A DNA stretch of 64,000 bases from an uncultured virus (IMG/VR IMGVR_UViG_3300049793_000365) (taxonomy: Duplodnaviria > Heunggongvirae > Uroviricota > Caudoviricetes): the IMG/VR virus record IMGVR_UViG_3300049793_000365, one strand, 5' to 3'. Position numbers and translations under genes: made by a program. Positions 9,467 to 18,513 of this stretch are shown piece by piece. The notes beneath the pieces were generated by a model. It was not told where the DNA came from. It was given only the letters and a program-made list of their open reading frames with translations, and made no database searches. Each line of letters begins with the position of its first letter. Position 1 is the first letter of the stretch.

Positions 9467-9937
9467 TTATGGAAGTAGATTAGTAATATCTTCTGCGCGA
9501 ACAGCTAATATATCAACCATGCAAAACTCATATCGGTTTATTGTTTCTACATAGAAGTTACTGAGCAGAGTAACTTGAAATCTATCGTATAACATTTTTA
9601 ACAACTCACTATTTCTTTGGTCAAGTGCTTCTGTTATAAGATGTTTATTGTTTGTGTCAAACTTGAATCTAATTCTATACCCACCGATAGTATCATCACC
9701 TTTTAAATACCAAGGTATAACTTTTAAAAATAATCTATATCGATGATTCTCAAATGTGAAGAATCTAACACCATATGTATTAGATGGAGTTGGACAACAA
9801 TGTATATTGCAATCCAACTCCATCATTGGGTTTTGATTATCAATCGCGTCACCTAAATATTTATAGATAATGAATTTTAAATCATCAAGTTCAAATGGGA
9901 ATCTTCTTTTAGCTAAATACATCACCTTTATTTCCAC
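9467..9937 (-). CDS. Hypothetical protein with tag variant (RAEDITNLL)
   Basis: ORF. Confidence 0.6.
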   Translation of the reverse strand: MEIKVMYLAKRRFPFELDDLKFIIYKYLGDAIDNQNPMMELDCNIHCCPTPSNTYGVRFFTFENHRYRLFLKVIPWYLKGDDTIGGYRIRFKFDTNNKHLITEALDQRNSELLKMLYDRFQVTLLSNFYVETINRYEFCMVDILAVRAEDITNLLP

Positions 9938-10226
9938 CTAAGATAAGCGATGGGTTTACACCTTCGTTTAAGTGAATCATAGCCTGAGACATGAAGCCTC
10001 TGATTTCGCGTGGTGGTAAATCCATTACGAAAGTAGTTGTCTTACCAAGTAATTCATCTGGTGTGAATAATTCAGCAATAGCAGATACAACAGTGCGTGT
10101 TGTTTCTTCACCTGCATCTATCGTTAGCTTGTATGCCTTAACTGGATTTTCTTCCGAGAATTCCTTTTTTGGATTTTTAAGAATTGGTTCTACTGCTGTA
10201 ATCTCAGCAAATTTTATTTCGTTCAT
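9909..10226 (-). CDS. Stand-alone tRNA-binding OB domain (Trbp111/CsaA/MetRS C-terminal type)
   Basis: YKLTIDAG...RTVVSAI....PDELLGK...DLPPREIRGFMSQAMI. Confidence 0.85.
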   Translation of the reverse strand: MNEIKFAEITAVEPILKNPKKEFSEENPVKAYKLTIDAGEETTRTVVSAIAELFTPDELLGKTTTFVMDLPPREIRGFMSQAMIHLNEGVNPSLILGGNKGDVFS

Positions 10227-10243
10227 ATCTGTTGTTTTATTTT

Positions 10244-10735
10244 TTATACTAAAATGTTTAATTTATAATCTCTGTAAATTTCTTTATCTTCTAACCATGA
10301 ATCAACCTTTCTAATTATTAACGCATGAAGATGATTATATGGTTCGTTGTTTATTAAGTTTGGATCACCAACATTATCTCTGAATGCTGATACTAACTCA
10401 GTGGGAGACCATCTTCTGTGATGTTCATCTTCCGGAAAAAACCTAGAGTTGACGAGTAGTATGAAATTGATAATTTCCTTCACATCGTCATATTCAGTTT
10501 TTCTATGCCACAACCCAATCCAAAGAGTTAATTCTTCATTATAAAAATGTTTGTTTTTATTGATAGCATTAACAGTAGGAAGCTTTATTTTCTTCGGCTT
10601 CACACCAATATACTTTTCCCATTTCTCTAATATGTAATCAGCACTGTGATTTCTCAAAGGGAGATTCATAGTGCGGTGAAAGTTAAAAGAAAACCTGATT
10701 AAATTATCCAGTTGTACTTTGGTCATTCTTATCAA
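10244..10735 (-). CDS. Hypothetical protein with C-terminal tag (RDYKLNILV)
   Basis: ORF. Confidence 0.7.
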   Translation of the reverse strand: MIRMTKVQLDNLIRFSFNFHRTMNLPLRNHSADYILEKWEKYIGVKPKKIKLPTVNAINKNKHFYNEELTLWIGLWHRKTEYDDVKEIINFILLVNSRFFPEDEHHRRWSPTELVSAFRDNVGDPNLINNEPYNHLHALIIRKVDSWLEDKEIYRDYKLNILV

Positions 10736-11084
10736 TTAATTTATTAATCTGTTCATCGCGTATCTCAGAGATTGGTTTCCCAAACATTAATTCGAATTCA
10801 TCTGGTGCGTGTTCTGGTGATTCAATTTTAACAAATCCCATACCACCAACAGCGTAGTAAACACCTTTATAATCAGAAGTTGGTGTTACTAATTCTATAA
10901 CATCACCAACTGATACTGACCTTACATTCTTTGGTTGAAAATCGTTTTGTCCATATCTAAAGATAGCTTCTAATACCGAATCGACATCTTTGTGTGCTAC
11001 TTCTTGTATCGGTACTTCAACTTCGCGTATATTGTTTATGCTCCCTTTTAGTGCTAACATAAAAACTTTGTATATCTTTTTCAT
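10704..11084 (-). CDS. YodL-like domain protein with C-terminal tag (RDEQINKLI)
   Basis: RSVSVGDVIEL...YYAV...GF; promoter TATATTTG 11110-11103. Confidence 0.6.
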   Translation of the reverse strand: MKKIYKVFMLALKGSINNIREVEVPIQEVAHKDVDSVLEAIFRYGQNDFQPKNVRSVSVGDVIELVTPTSDYKGVYYAVGGMGFVKIESPEHAPDEFELMFGKPISEIRDEQINKLIDKNDQSTTG

Positions 11085-11156
11085 AGTATGTCCGTTTTGT
11101 GACAAATATAAGGATAAAAAAGTACAAATCAAAATAGGGTAAATATTTACCTGAAA

Positions 11157-11188
11157 TTTGGAAAATTCGTTGATTTTACTTATATTTG
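11157..11188 (+). promoter_or_regulatory. Bacteroidota sigma-type promoter
   Basis: TTTG-N20-TATATTTG. Confidence 0.75.
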
Positions 11189-11193
11189 TTGCT

Positions 11194-11481
11194 ATGATGA
11201 AAGAAGGTACAAAATTCGAAGTGACGAAATGTTGTGGTGCTACACCTACATTTTACATCAATGCTAATACGGGCAAAGCAAGACAATTAAAAATGTGTAC
11301 TGCTTGTAAAAAGCCAGCAGATGTTGAAAAAGTCATAATCGTAAGAGAAAAAACTATCAACGTGCTTAATAAATTTCTGTCAAAGAAATCGAATCAGCGT
11401 AAAATACCTGATATGATTGTTGCTGAATTTATTACGAAGTCACTTATTAAAGAAAAAAAGAACGATGAAGGAAACATCTAA
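11194..11481 (+). CDS. Hypothetical zinc-binding protein
   Basis: TKCCGA...CTAC. Confidence 0.65.
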   Translation: MMKEGTKFEVTKCCGATPTFYINANTGKARQLKMCTACKKPADVEKVIIVREKTINVLNKFLSKKSNQRKIPDMIVAEFITKSLIKEKKNDEGNI

Positions 11482-11971
11482 AGATATTGCTGAGAAAATA
11501 ACAAAAGCAGACGGGTTTGAATCAACCATTATCGCATTAATGGGTGTTAAAGCTACCTATGATAAAGATATGCTACTTGGTATTGAAAAATATATCAATG
11601 ATAGTTTTAGTGAGAATCATAAACCAATGCCAAGTACCTGTGTTATGTTAGGTATATTACTTGGTGAGACAATCGTTAGAAATATTAAAGGAGCAAAATG
11701 GAATACAAAAGAGGTTGATACTCTTTATGATATCACCGTTGGTTTAGAATTGGATAATTCACCAGGTGAAGTAATGATAAATCCTGTTATCAGAATTGAG
11801 AATTTCTTCAAAGACAAAGAAGATAGTATTGTAGCTATGTATTTAATGGCTGAATTAATGTCCAATTATGATATTTTCTCACAAGAGTTTAAAGATAAAT
11901 TTCTAAATGAGGAAGGTTGGATAACTATGCCTGATGGTTATCGCTTTAGATTCCGAGAGGTTAAAATTTAA
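11465..11971 (+). CDS. Hypothetical protein (resembles DUF3806/DUF6278-type helical domains)
   Basis: LGILLGETIVRN..GAKW...INP. Confidence 0.6.
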   Translation: MKETSKDIAEKITKADGFESTIIALMGVKATYDKDMLLGIEKYINDSFSENHKPMPSTCVMLGILLGETIVRNIKGAKWNTKEVDTLYDITVGLELDNSPGEVMINPVIRIENFFKDKEDSIVAMYLMAELMSNYDIFSQEFKDKFLNEEGWITMPDGYRFRFREVKI

Positions 11972-12014
11972 CCAAACTAAAACTTCTTATTCACTGAATA
12001 TATAACAGTCGTAT

Positions 12015-12096
12015 GCCCCGGTGGTGAAACTGGTAGACACGCAGGACTTAAAATCCTGTGGCTTTGGCTGTACGGGTTCGATTCCCGTCTGGGGTA
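12015..12096 (+). tRNA. trnL: tRNA-Leu (anticodon TAA); CCA not encoded
   Basis: Acceptor GCCCCGG/CTGGGGT, D-loop TGGTAGAC, anticodon arm CAGGA-CTTAAAA-TCCTG, long variable arm, GTTCGATTC T-loop. Confidence 0.95.
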
Positions 12097-12098
12097 CT

Positions 12099-12333
12099 AG
12101 CACAGATTGTAAGTCTAACTGGTAGGAACAAACCTCACAGGACAACTTATCCACATTCAGCGAGTCTAAATGGCATTAACTGATGGTGGTTGCTGATTAT
12201 ATTTGATGCGAGTAATGATGTTGTTGGGCTTACACCTTTGCGGTAGAGTTTCGTCTCTATTACGGGTGCAATGAGAGAGTAACAAAAAATCCTAAAACCG
12301 ATAGTGTCGTATAATCTATCGATGGGCTGTACT
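12099..12333 (+). ncRNA. Candidate structured ncRNA directly 3' of the tRNA
   Basis: No ORF in the track, higher GC; 12-bp helix 12108-12119/12223-12234 with two G-U pairs, end-to-end pairing AGCACAG/CTGTACT and several hairpins. Confidence 0.55.
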
Positions 12334-12352
12334 CAAAAATCCCCTATTTGGG

Positions 12353-12384
12353 TTTGCATTTTTCATATTAATTCCGTACATTTG
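12353..12384 (+). promoter_or_regulatory. Bacteroidota sigma-type promoter
   Basis: TTTG-N20-TACATTTG. Confidence 0.75.
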
Positions 12385-12391
12385 TGACCAT

Positions 12392-12634
12392 ATGAAATAT
12401 TACAGACTGTTTGACCCCGAAACTCCCCGTGTAATGGCTTCTGGTTATAATGAAACTGACTTAGATGATATACGTGAGTGTATCATCTGTTGGGCTAAGC
12501 CAACCAAAAGCGAAATGAAATTATTCTCAACGATGGATGCTAAAGAATTAGCAAAGCATTTCGATATCGAGATTCAAGAAAGTGATTCTGAATTTCCGGA
12601 AGATGAGGATCCTGTTAATTTAATTACTAAATAA
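12392..12634 (+). CDS. Hypothetical protein
   Basis: ORF after promoter. Confidence 0.65.
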   Translation: MKYYRLFDPETPRVMASGYNETDLDDIRECIICWAKPTKSEMKLFSTMDAKELAKHFDIEIQESDSEFPEDEDPVNLITK

Positions 12635-12635
12635 A

Positions 12636-13271
12636 ATGTTCACAGAAAGCTTAGATGATATTCTTTCTAAAAAGGAAGAATTGCACGAAGACCTCAAACC
12701 ATGTTTGAGTAAAAATCCATTTCCTATGTTGAGACATCCACTGATGTATCACATGATGTACACCGAACAAATGAACGCACTTATTAATAAACAATATGAG
12801 TATAAGAAACAAGCGTTGTTGAAGTACAAAGAACAGAAAGACTGGGCTGGTTGTGTATTCGTATATGAACGACCTTATCGACTTTCTGCCTTTTTAGAAG
12901 TTGAACGAAATTTATCTGATAAAGATTATTGGGAAATACTTAGTTCAATATGGATTGACTCTGAAAATATTTGGCAGAATAAGGAAACTTGGAAAAATCT
13001 CATAAAGAGTGATAGAGCTGAGAAGCAATTTTTTATGATAGAAGAAGAGCAAGAGTATTTGGCTAATCTTGCTGATGTTGTTACTGTATATCGCGGTTGT
13101 ATTAAGAATAAAAATAAAACTGGCTTGTCATATACTTTAAATAAAAGCAAAGCAGAGTGGTTCGCAAAGAGATTTGGTAAAGATGGTGTTGTGATTGAAA
13201 GAGAAGTTAAGAAATCAAAAATATTTGCGTATCTTAATGGTAGAAACGAAGACGAAGTAATTGTACTATGA
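12636..13271 (+). CDS. Putative ADP-ribosyltransferase-fold protein (R-S-E type)
   Basis: VTVYRG, GLSYT, A.WFA, NEDEVIV. Confidence 0.5.
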   Translation: MFTESLDDILSKKEELHEDLKPCLSKNPFPMLRHPLMYHMMYTEQMNALINKQYEYKKQALLKYKEQKDWAGCVFVYERPYRLSAFLEVERNLSDKDYWEILSSIWIDSENIWQNKETWKNLIKSDRAEKQFFMIEEEQEYLANLADVVTVYRGCIKNKNKTGLSYTLNKSKAEWFAKRFGKDGVVIEREVKKSKIFAYLNGRNEDEVIVL

Positions 13272-14116
13272 AATTAAATGATTCTTTTTTAGGGGTTCTC
13301 TATGAGACTGACCCGAAGAAAACTCTTAAGGATTTTTTTATAAAATCACACCTTGATGAAGGTGTGAAGGAGAAAGTTATGAACGACCAGGCGACTGCTC
13401 TACTACTCGATCCTGTTGGCTTTCATAAGAGGCTTAAAATGCAGGGTACTGATTGGTGGGGTGAGCGATGTCGAATAGCAACATCACTTGTTGATAGACC
13501 TAAATCTCATAAAACATTCTACTTAACACCAAAGGTTCAAGAAGAAGCTGAATTAATTAAATTTGATAAAATAGATTTAAAGTGGTTCAACGATTTAACA
13601 TCAAAAGAGTGTACATACATCACTGGTAAAAATGAATTCTATCGATTCAACATCGAAGAAAAAAATAGAATCAATGTATTGAACTATCGCTTAGAAGATG
13701 GTCCTTTTGGTTTACAATATTGGTACGATTCCTATTCTATATTACTTGGTACTGGTGAGTTAGCAACACTACCAACACAGAAGCAAGACCACGCTATGCG
13801 CTTTGTTAAGTATTTACTATACGTAGAACTTGCTGATGTAGAAACAGTATTTGTAAAAGCCAGATTGGGTAAATTCAAATATGGTAAGAAAGGTGATGAT
13901 AAGATTAAAAACGAATCAGACATCGATGTAGTGCTTGTAAATTCTAACTGGAATAGAGCATTGGTTATGGTTGGTGAATCAACAACATCTGGTCATTTCA
14001 GAGTTCAGCCATATGGACCCAGAGAAAATCCTTATTATAGAATAAAGTGGATTTCTGAATATACTCGTGGTTCTTTTGTTAAGAAGCCTGGTAAAGAAGG
14101 ACACGAGGATTTATAG
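13268..14116 (+). CDS. Hypothetical phage protein
   Basis: C-terminal GHFRVQPYG...KWI..Y.RG motif. Confidence 0.7.
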   Translation: MKLNDSFLGVLYETDPKKTLKDFFIKSHLDEGVKEKVMNDQATALLLDPVGFHKRLKMQGTDWWGERCRIATSLVDRPKSHKTFYLTPKVQEEAELIKFDKIDLKWFNDLTSKECTYITGKNEFYRFNIEEKNRINVLNYRLEDGPFGLQYWYDSYSILLGTGELATLPTQKQDHAMRFVKYLLYVELADVETVFVKARLGKFKYGKKGDDKIKNESDIDVVLVNSNWNRALVMVGESTTSGHFRVQPYGPRENPYYRIKWISEYTRGSFVKKPGKEGHEDL

Positions 14117-14374
14117 AAGTATATCTAATCTCAATTCTCTTATATCTTCTTTACTCCAAAATCTTTTAAGAAAGATACTCATATCAGCCCAATACACATA
14201 AGTGATGTGTTTATACTTGAATGTTATTTCGTGTTCACTTATTTCAACTACTTTTATTGGACTGGTAATATCTAACATAAAGTGATATCCTAAATTTCCA
14301 AGTGCGGCACATTCAATAGAGAATGTGTCTTTTGGTTTAAGCTCGTCTGTGAAACTTGTGTAAAAATTTTCCAT
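14111..14374 (-). CDS. Hypothetical protein with C-terminal tag (RELRLDILL)
   Basis: ORF. Confidence 0.6.
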   Translation of the reverse strand: MENFYTSFTDELKPKDTFSIECAALGNLGYHFMLDITSPIKVVEISEHEITFKYKHITYVYWADMSIFLKRFWSKEDIRELRLDILL

Positions 14375-14495
14375 GATGTTTATATTTAAAATAAACTCAG
14401 TTGTTGATAACTATCAATAGAATGAATATTTTGCCTATTTTTTTCAACTATAAAACTCTGACTATCAATAAGTTAAACGAGGTTTCGAGAAAATA

Positions 14496-14527
14496 TTTGC
14501 TCTGTTTATAATATTTAACTACTTTTG
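14496..14527 (+). promoter_or_regulatory. Bacteroidota sigma-type promoter
   Basis: TTTG-N20-TACTTTTG. Confidence 0.7.
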
Positions 14528-14569
14528 ATTCACATGGTAAATAATTAAGTTAAACAAATACGAAAACAA

Positions 14570-15334
14570 ATGAAAGAATCACTAATCAAATCTCTTATTA
14601 AAGAGAGTAGAGAAAAACGTGAACAAGCGGAGACGCTTACTAACGAAGCCAATGCTATCGATACTGTACTCGGTATGTTTGGTGCAAGTCCTGTTAAGTC
14701 TGCTAAAATTGGCAGACCAATTAATGAAGAAGTAGCGAAGAAGAAGAAAAGAAAATATTCTAACTCTCGTTCCAATTCATATCTTAGCCCAAGAATGGAT
14801 GTCATTGGAGCAAAGAGAAACAACATTGACTATCCTAAGTTTATTTTGGATTACATGGCTAACTCAAACAGAAATTTCTGTAAGACTACCGACATCTATT
14901 TGAAGCTCACTAAGAAATACGGTGATGTTGATAGAAATATGTATCAGAAGGTTCTTGAGACTATGAAAATTCTTAAGAAGAAAGCACAGGTTGAAATAAA
15001 AGTAGAAGGTAATAGTTACACTTGGAAAATTACCGACAGTGGTCGCAAAGCGATAAAAGCTGAGCCAGTTGTGAAAAGAAAGTATACCAAAAGAGCTAAA
15101 GCTAAACCAGCAAAATCTACTAAAGTGACTAAGAAGATTTCCAATAAGGAATTAAAAGGTCGCACCAATAAAATAACCATTGGTGGTATGAGCGTGAAAG
15201 AAATCGCGAGTAAATTAAAAGTTTCTGGTAGAACAATTCACCGTAAGGTTGAAGCACTTCGTAAAGAAGGTAAACCATTAACTGATATATTAGTTGGGAT
15301 TGAACAAAAGAATGGTCAAGCGGTTACTGCTTAA
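14570..15334 (+). CDS. Lys-rich putative DNA-binding protein (winged helix plus C-terminal HTH)
   Basis: WKITDSGRKA wing; MSVKEIASKLKVSGRTIHRKV helix-turn-helix. Confidence 0.6.
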   Translation: MKESLIKSLIKESREKREQAETLTNEANAIDTVLGMFGASPVKSAKIGRPINEEVAKKKKRKYSNSRSNSYLSPRMDVIGAKRNNIDYPKFILDYMANSNRNFCKTTDIYLKLTKKYGDVDRNMYQKVLETMKILKKKAQVEIKVEGNSYTWKITDSGRKAIKAEPVVKRKYTKRAKAKPAKSTKVTKKISNKELKGRTNKITIGGMSVKEIASKLKVSGRTIHRKVEALRKEGKPLTDILVGIEQKNGQAVTA

Positions 15335-15345
15335 TAAGAATAACT

Positions 15346-15378
15346 AAAAGTCCCTCTGATTCTAAGAGGGACTTTTTA
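15346..15378 (+). terminator. Rho-independent terminator
   Basis: AAAAGTCCCTCT-loop-AGAGGGACTTTT. Confidence 0.85.
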
Positions 15379-15388
15379 TTAAATCAAG

Positions 15389-15616
15389 ATGTATTCCAAA
15401 ATAGTTAAAGACGAGAGACGCAAATTAGGTAAAGAGCTTAGAAAACTGAGAGAACAGTCTAAGCTTTCTTTCTATCGAATACATCAAGAAATAAATATTC
15501 ACGCTAGTCAAATACGTGACATAGAATCCGGGTCAACCTCCTACACAATAGACTCGTATATAAAGCTAAAATATCTATATACTAAGGTGATTCAACAATC
15601 TGCTGAGAAAGTTTAA
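15389..15616 (+). CDS. XRE-family HTH regulator
   Basis: LGKELRKLRE..LS....I..IESG...TIDS. Confidence 0.75.
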   Translation: MYSKIVKDERRKLGKELRKLREQSKLSFYRIHQEINIHASQIRDIESGSTSYTIDSYIKLKYLYTKVIQQSAEKV

Positions 15617-15622
15617 ACTTTT

Positions 15623-15654
15623 TTTGCTTCTGATACAAATTGTCCGTAACTTTG
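15623..15654 (+). promoter_or_regulatory. Bacteroidota sigma-type promoter
   Basis: TTTG-N20-TAACTTTG. Confidence 0.75.
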
Positions 15655-15673
15655 TTTATCAAAATTTATACGG

Positions 15674-16393
15674 ATGCAAGTTAGATGTAAAAAAGGTACA
15701 AGAAAAATAGTAGCTGGTGTTGTTTACGAAGTAACTTCACTACACAATAGCTCTACTGATAGAAATAAAAAAATCTATATCAAAGGATTTAACTCTTCAT
15801 ATAGAGCTTGTAGTTTCACACAATTAGATGGATCTGATTTACCAACAATTAGTTGGAGTAGCAGAACTAATACAAATGTTTATGGTAAATTCGAAGCATC
15901 TGATATTAAAGTAGATGATATTTTGGTTTGTCAGTCAAACAATTATCAACACTTGATTGCTGGTGAGAAGTATAGAGTAGTTGAAACTAAAGTTAAGGAA
16001 CATAAATATACAAGCTCTGGTAACACCTATAAAAAATACTTAGTTAAGTTAGAGGGATATAACCGCTTTTTAGAAGTAAACAGTTGGCGTTTCAGATTAT
16101 TGGATAGGTCAGAGTCGAGAGAACTCAACTTAAATCATCTAATTAATGGTAGTAAAGGTACTACTGTTGTTGATACTTCCATACGAAAGTTAGATTTAGC
16201 AAACAGAAGAGAGTCTATCATTATATCTGCTTTGTGTAAAGCGGCCATAGATAAAAATCGACACGCGATGGATGTGGTTGATTGGTGTAGAAATCAAAGT
16301 AGTAGAGAACTTAGATTAGATAGAGACGATTTCTCAGAATTACTTAATCTTCCTTTGGGTGAGGTTCTTAAAAGATTAGAAGCCGCACAGTGA
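15674..16393 (+). CDS. Hypothetical protein with an internal RELNLNHLI motif
   Basis: ORF after promoter. Confidence 0.7.
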   Translation: MQVRCKKGTRKIVAGVVYEVTSLHNSSTDRNKKIYIKGFNSSYRACSFTQLDGSDLPTISWSSRTNTNVYGKFEASDIKVDDILVCQSNNYQHLIAGEKYRVVETKVKEHKYTSSGNTYKKYLVKLEGYNRFLEVNSWRFRLLDRSESRELNLNHLINGSKGTTVVDTSIRKLDLANRRESIIISALCKAAIDKNRHAMDVVDWCRNQSSRELRLDRDDFSELLNLPLGEVLKRLEAAQ

Positions 16394-16845
16394 AGATAAT
16401 ATTAGATATAGATGGTGTTTTGGTTACAACTCCAAGTTGGAAGAAAGCAGAGCTATTGGATGATGGGTTTCTTAAATTTGATAAAGAGGCTACTGATAAT
16501 TTAAATATCTTGTTGTTTGTAACAAATGCAACAATCGTATTAATATCAACTCACCGAATAAAATATAGCAATGATGAATTATCATTACTATTCAAGTCTC
16601 GTGGCATCAATGCTAATATAGAGAAGATAAACGATGTTGATGCTATACATCTAATAGATAAACCAAGCGAGATTATAAATTGGGTCAATACATCAAATAG
16701 TGAATACTTAATTATTGATGATGATTCATCGTTAGGTGTTCTTCCTAAAGACATTAAAATGCGTTGGATAAAACCAAGTCCTCTTATTGGATTCAGTGAA
16801 GATTATCTATGTAGCGCATTGAGCATTTTCAATAAACAAATTTGA
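16390..16845 (+). CDS. HAD-superfamily phosphatase (RNA-repair-associated HAD_SAK type)
   Basis: ILDIDGVL, IVLISTHR, YLIIDD. Confidence 0.8.
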   Translation: MKIILDIDGVLVTTPSWKKAELLDDGFLKFDKEATDNLNILLFVTNATIVLISTHRIKYSNDELSLLFKSRGINANIEKINDVDAIHLIDKPSEIINWVNTSNSEYLIIDDDSSLGVLPKDIKMRWIKPSPLIGFSEDYLCSALSIFNKQI

Positions 16846-16865
16846 GATATAAAACTATAACGTCT

Positions 16866-17174
16866 ATGAAACTATCAATGTCAGAAGCTTGTTTTGGTCC
16901 CAATGTATCAATAGATGATGAATCTCTATTTCAAGATGAGTATGACAATCGAAGTGATGATGAAATTCGTGAGCTTAGAATGAGATTGATAAATGAGTTA
17001 TCCGCTATTGTGAATAATCTTGATATGATGGATCTTAAAACAATTGGCGAAATTGTAGTATCAAGAAGTAATAGCTTCGAATATATTGAAGAAGAATCGA
17101 GTACCACTGATTGTGACCAATGTGGTAACTATAATACAAGAGAAACGTATGTTAAAAGAGATAATCAATCCTAA
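16866..17174 (+). CDS. Hypothetical protein with C-terminal CDQC
   Basis: ORF. Confidence 0.6.
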   Translation: MKLSMSEACFGPNVSIDDESLFQDEYDNRSDDEIRELRMRLINELSAIVNNLDMMDLKTIGEIVVSRSNSFEYIEEESSTTDCDQCGNYNTRETYVKRDNQS

Positions 17175-17613
17175 AGATTCACACATTGCTGAGTTAATAG
17201 AGACTGCTAAGAAGGCAACCTGTACACGTTCCAAGTGTGGTAGTATAATTATAAACGGTGATGATGTAATTGGTGTGGGTTATAATTCACAACCATGTGA
17301 TTTAATGGTATCTTGTTTCAAAGATTCATTAGCACCTACGTTTAAGAGTGATAAAACTTGTTGTGTTCATGCCGAACAAAGAGCTATAATGCAAGCACTC
17401 AAAAACCATCCTGATAAGATTGTCGGAAGTACATTATTATTCGTTAGGTTAGACGATAATGGCAATCCTAAGCGTTCCGGTTCACCTTACTGTACTATTT
17501 GTAGTAAAATGGCTTTAGATGCTGGTATTAAGTATTTCACATTATGGCATAATGAGGGATGGACTGCATACGAAGCTAATCATTATAACGAATTATCATT
17601 TAAATATGAATAA
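17149..17613 (+). CDS. dCMP/cytidine deaminase-like protein
   Basis: GYN, CVHAEQRAI, PYCTIC. Confidence 0.85.
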   Translation: MLKEIINPKDSHIAELIETAKKATCTRSKCGSIIINGDDVIGVGYNSQPCDLMVSCFKDSLAPTFKSDKTCCVHAEQRAIMQALKNHPDKIVGSTLLFVRLDDNGNPKRSGSPYCTICSKMALDAGIKYFTLWHNEGWTAYEANHYNELSFKYE

Positions 17614-17842
17614 AACAGATATGTGGATTATCGCCACTACTAAAATGACTTCTGGTCCACAGAAATGGGATGAGGGTCCAAATGATACTAAGTATTTTTA
17701 TCCCGAAACAACGTATGAACATTTTACGGATGAAGAAAAAGCAAATTCTAAATATGATGAGTTATCTTCAAAGACATACTTAGAATCAGTTAAACTTTAT
17801 CAATGTTCAGAGCTTAAACGAAAAGTGAAAGATAATATATAA
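17606..17842 (+). CDS. Hypothetical protein
   Basis: ORF. Confidence 0.6.
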   Translation: MNKTDMWIIATTKMTSGPQKWDEGPNDTKYFYPETTYEHFTDEEKANSKYDELSSKTYLESVKLYQCSELKRKVKDNI

Positions 17843-17845
17843 TGA

Positions 17846-18199
17846 ATGAAGCATCTTAAAACATTTGAAAGTCATTCTAAAGTAATTGGATATCACATCA
17901 CATTTAAACATCTGATTGATGTTATAAAGGAAGAAGGTCTTAAGCCACAAGTTCCATCTGATATGGAAGACATAGAAGCAGTTTATCTATTTAAAACAAT
18001 AGATGATGCTAAGAACGCATTGATGAATTGGCTTGGTGAGAGGATTGAGGAAATGGAAGAAGAGCAAGATATGACATTTGAAGAATTGTGCCTTGAGATT
18101 GACTTAACCGGGTTGGAAATAGTAGACACGGTTGAGTATGAATGGGCTTGTTTAGATTTAATTACACCTGATAGAATACTATCAATATTTGAGATATAA
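17846..18199 (+). CDS. Leader-bearing protein (MKHLKTFES) with an ART-like H-type fold signature
   Basis: GYHIT...IKEEGLKP...AVYL...EYEW...ITPDRI; AATATATA 17834-17841. Confidence 0.55.
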   Translation: MKHLKTFESHSKVIGYHITFKHLIDVIKEEGLKPQVPSDMEDIEAVYLFKTIDDAKNALMNWLGERIEEMEEEQDMTFEELCLEIDLTGLEIVDTVEYEWACLDLITPDRILSIFEI

Positions 18200-18513
18200 T
18201 GAGAGAAAATGATTTAGAATTTTTCAAGTCAATAGGCGTTACGCTGTATAATACAGATGGTAAGTATGACAGATACTCTGGATTCTGTTGTGAGGAAGCA
18301 ATTATGATAGCTATGATACTTGAAACAGAAGAGAAAATTATTGAATTCTCAAAGGCTGATAACGCAAGACAGAAGGAAATGGTTAGTTGTATAAGCGAAG
18401 AACATAGTGGTCACACATTTAATATGGCTTGTAAATTAGCAGTCGCATATTTACCTATGCTCAAAGTTAATATGAGGGATAATAAGATTAACGATATTGT
18501 AAAGCCTGATTAA
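18199..18513 (+). CDS. Hypothetical protein with C-terminal tag (RDNKINDIV)
   Basis: ORF. Confidence 0.7.
   Translation: MRENDLEFFKSIGVTLYNTDGKYDRYSGFCCEEAIMIAMILETEEKIIEFSKADNARQKEMVSCISEEHSGHTFNMACKLAVAYLPMLKVNMRDNKINDIVKPD

Noticed and set aside
12147..12155. Perfect DnaA box TTATCCACA
   Set aside because: Single copy inside the ncRNA candidate; no cluster suggesting an origin
12097..12180. tRNA-associated HDV-like (theta) ribozyme
   Set aside because: Could not build the nested double-pseudoknot P1/P1.1/P2/P3 pattern by eye
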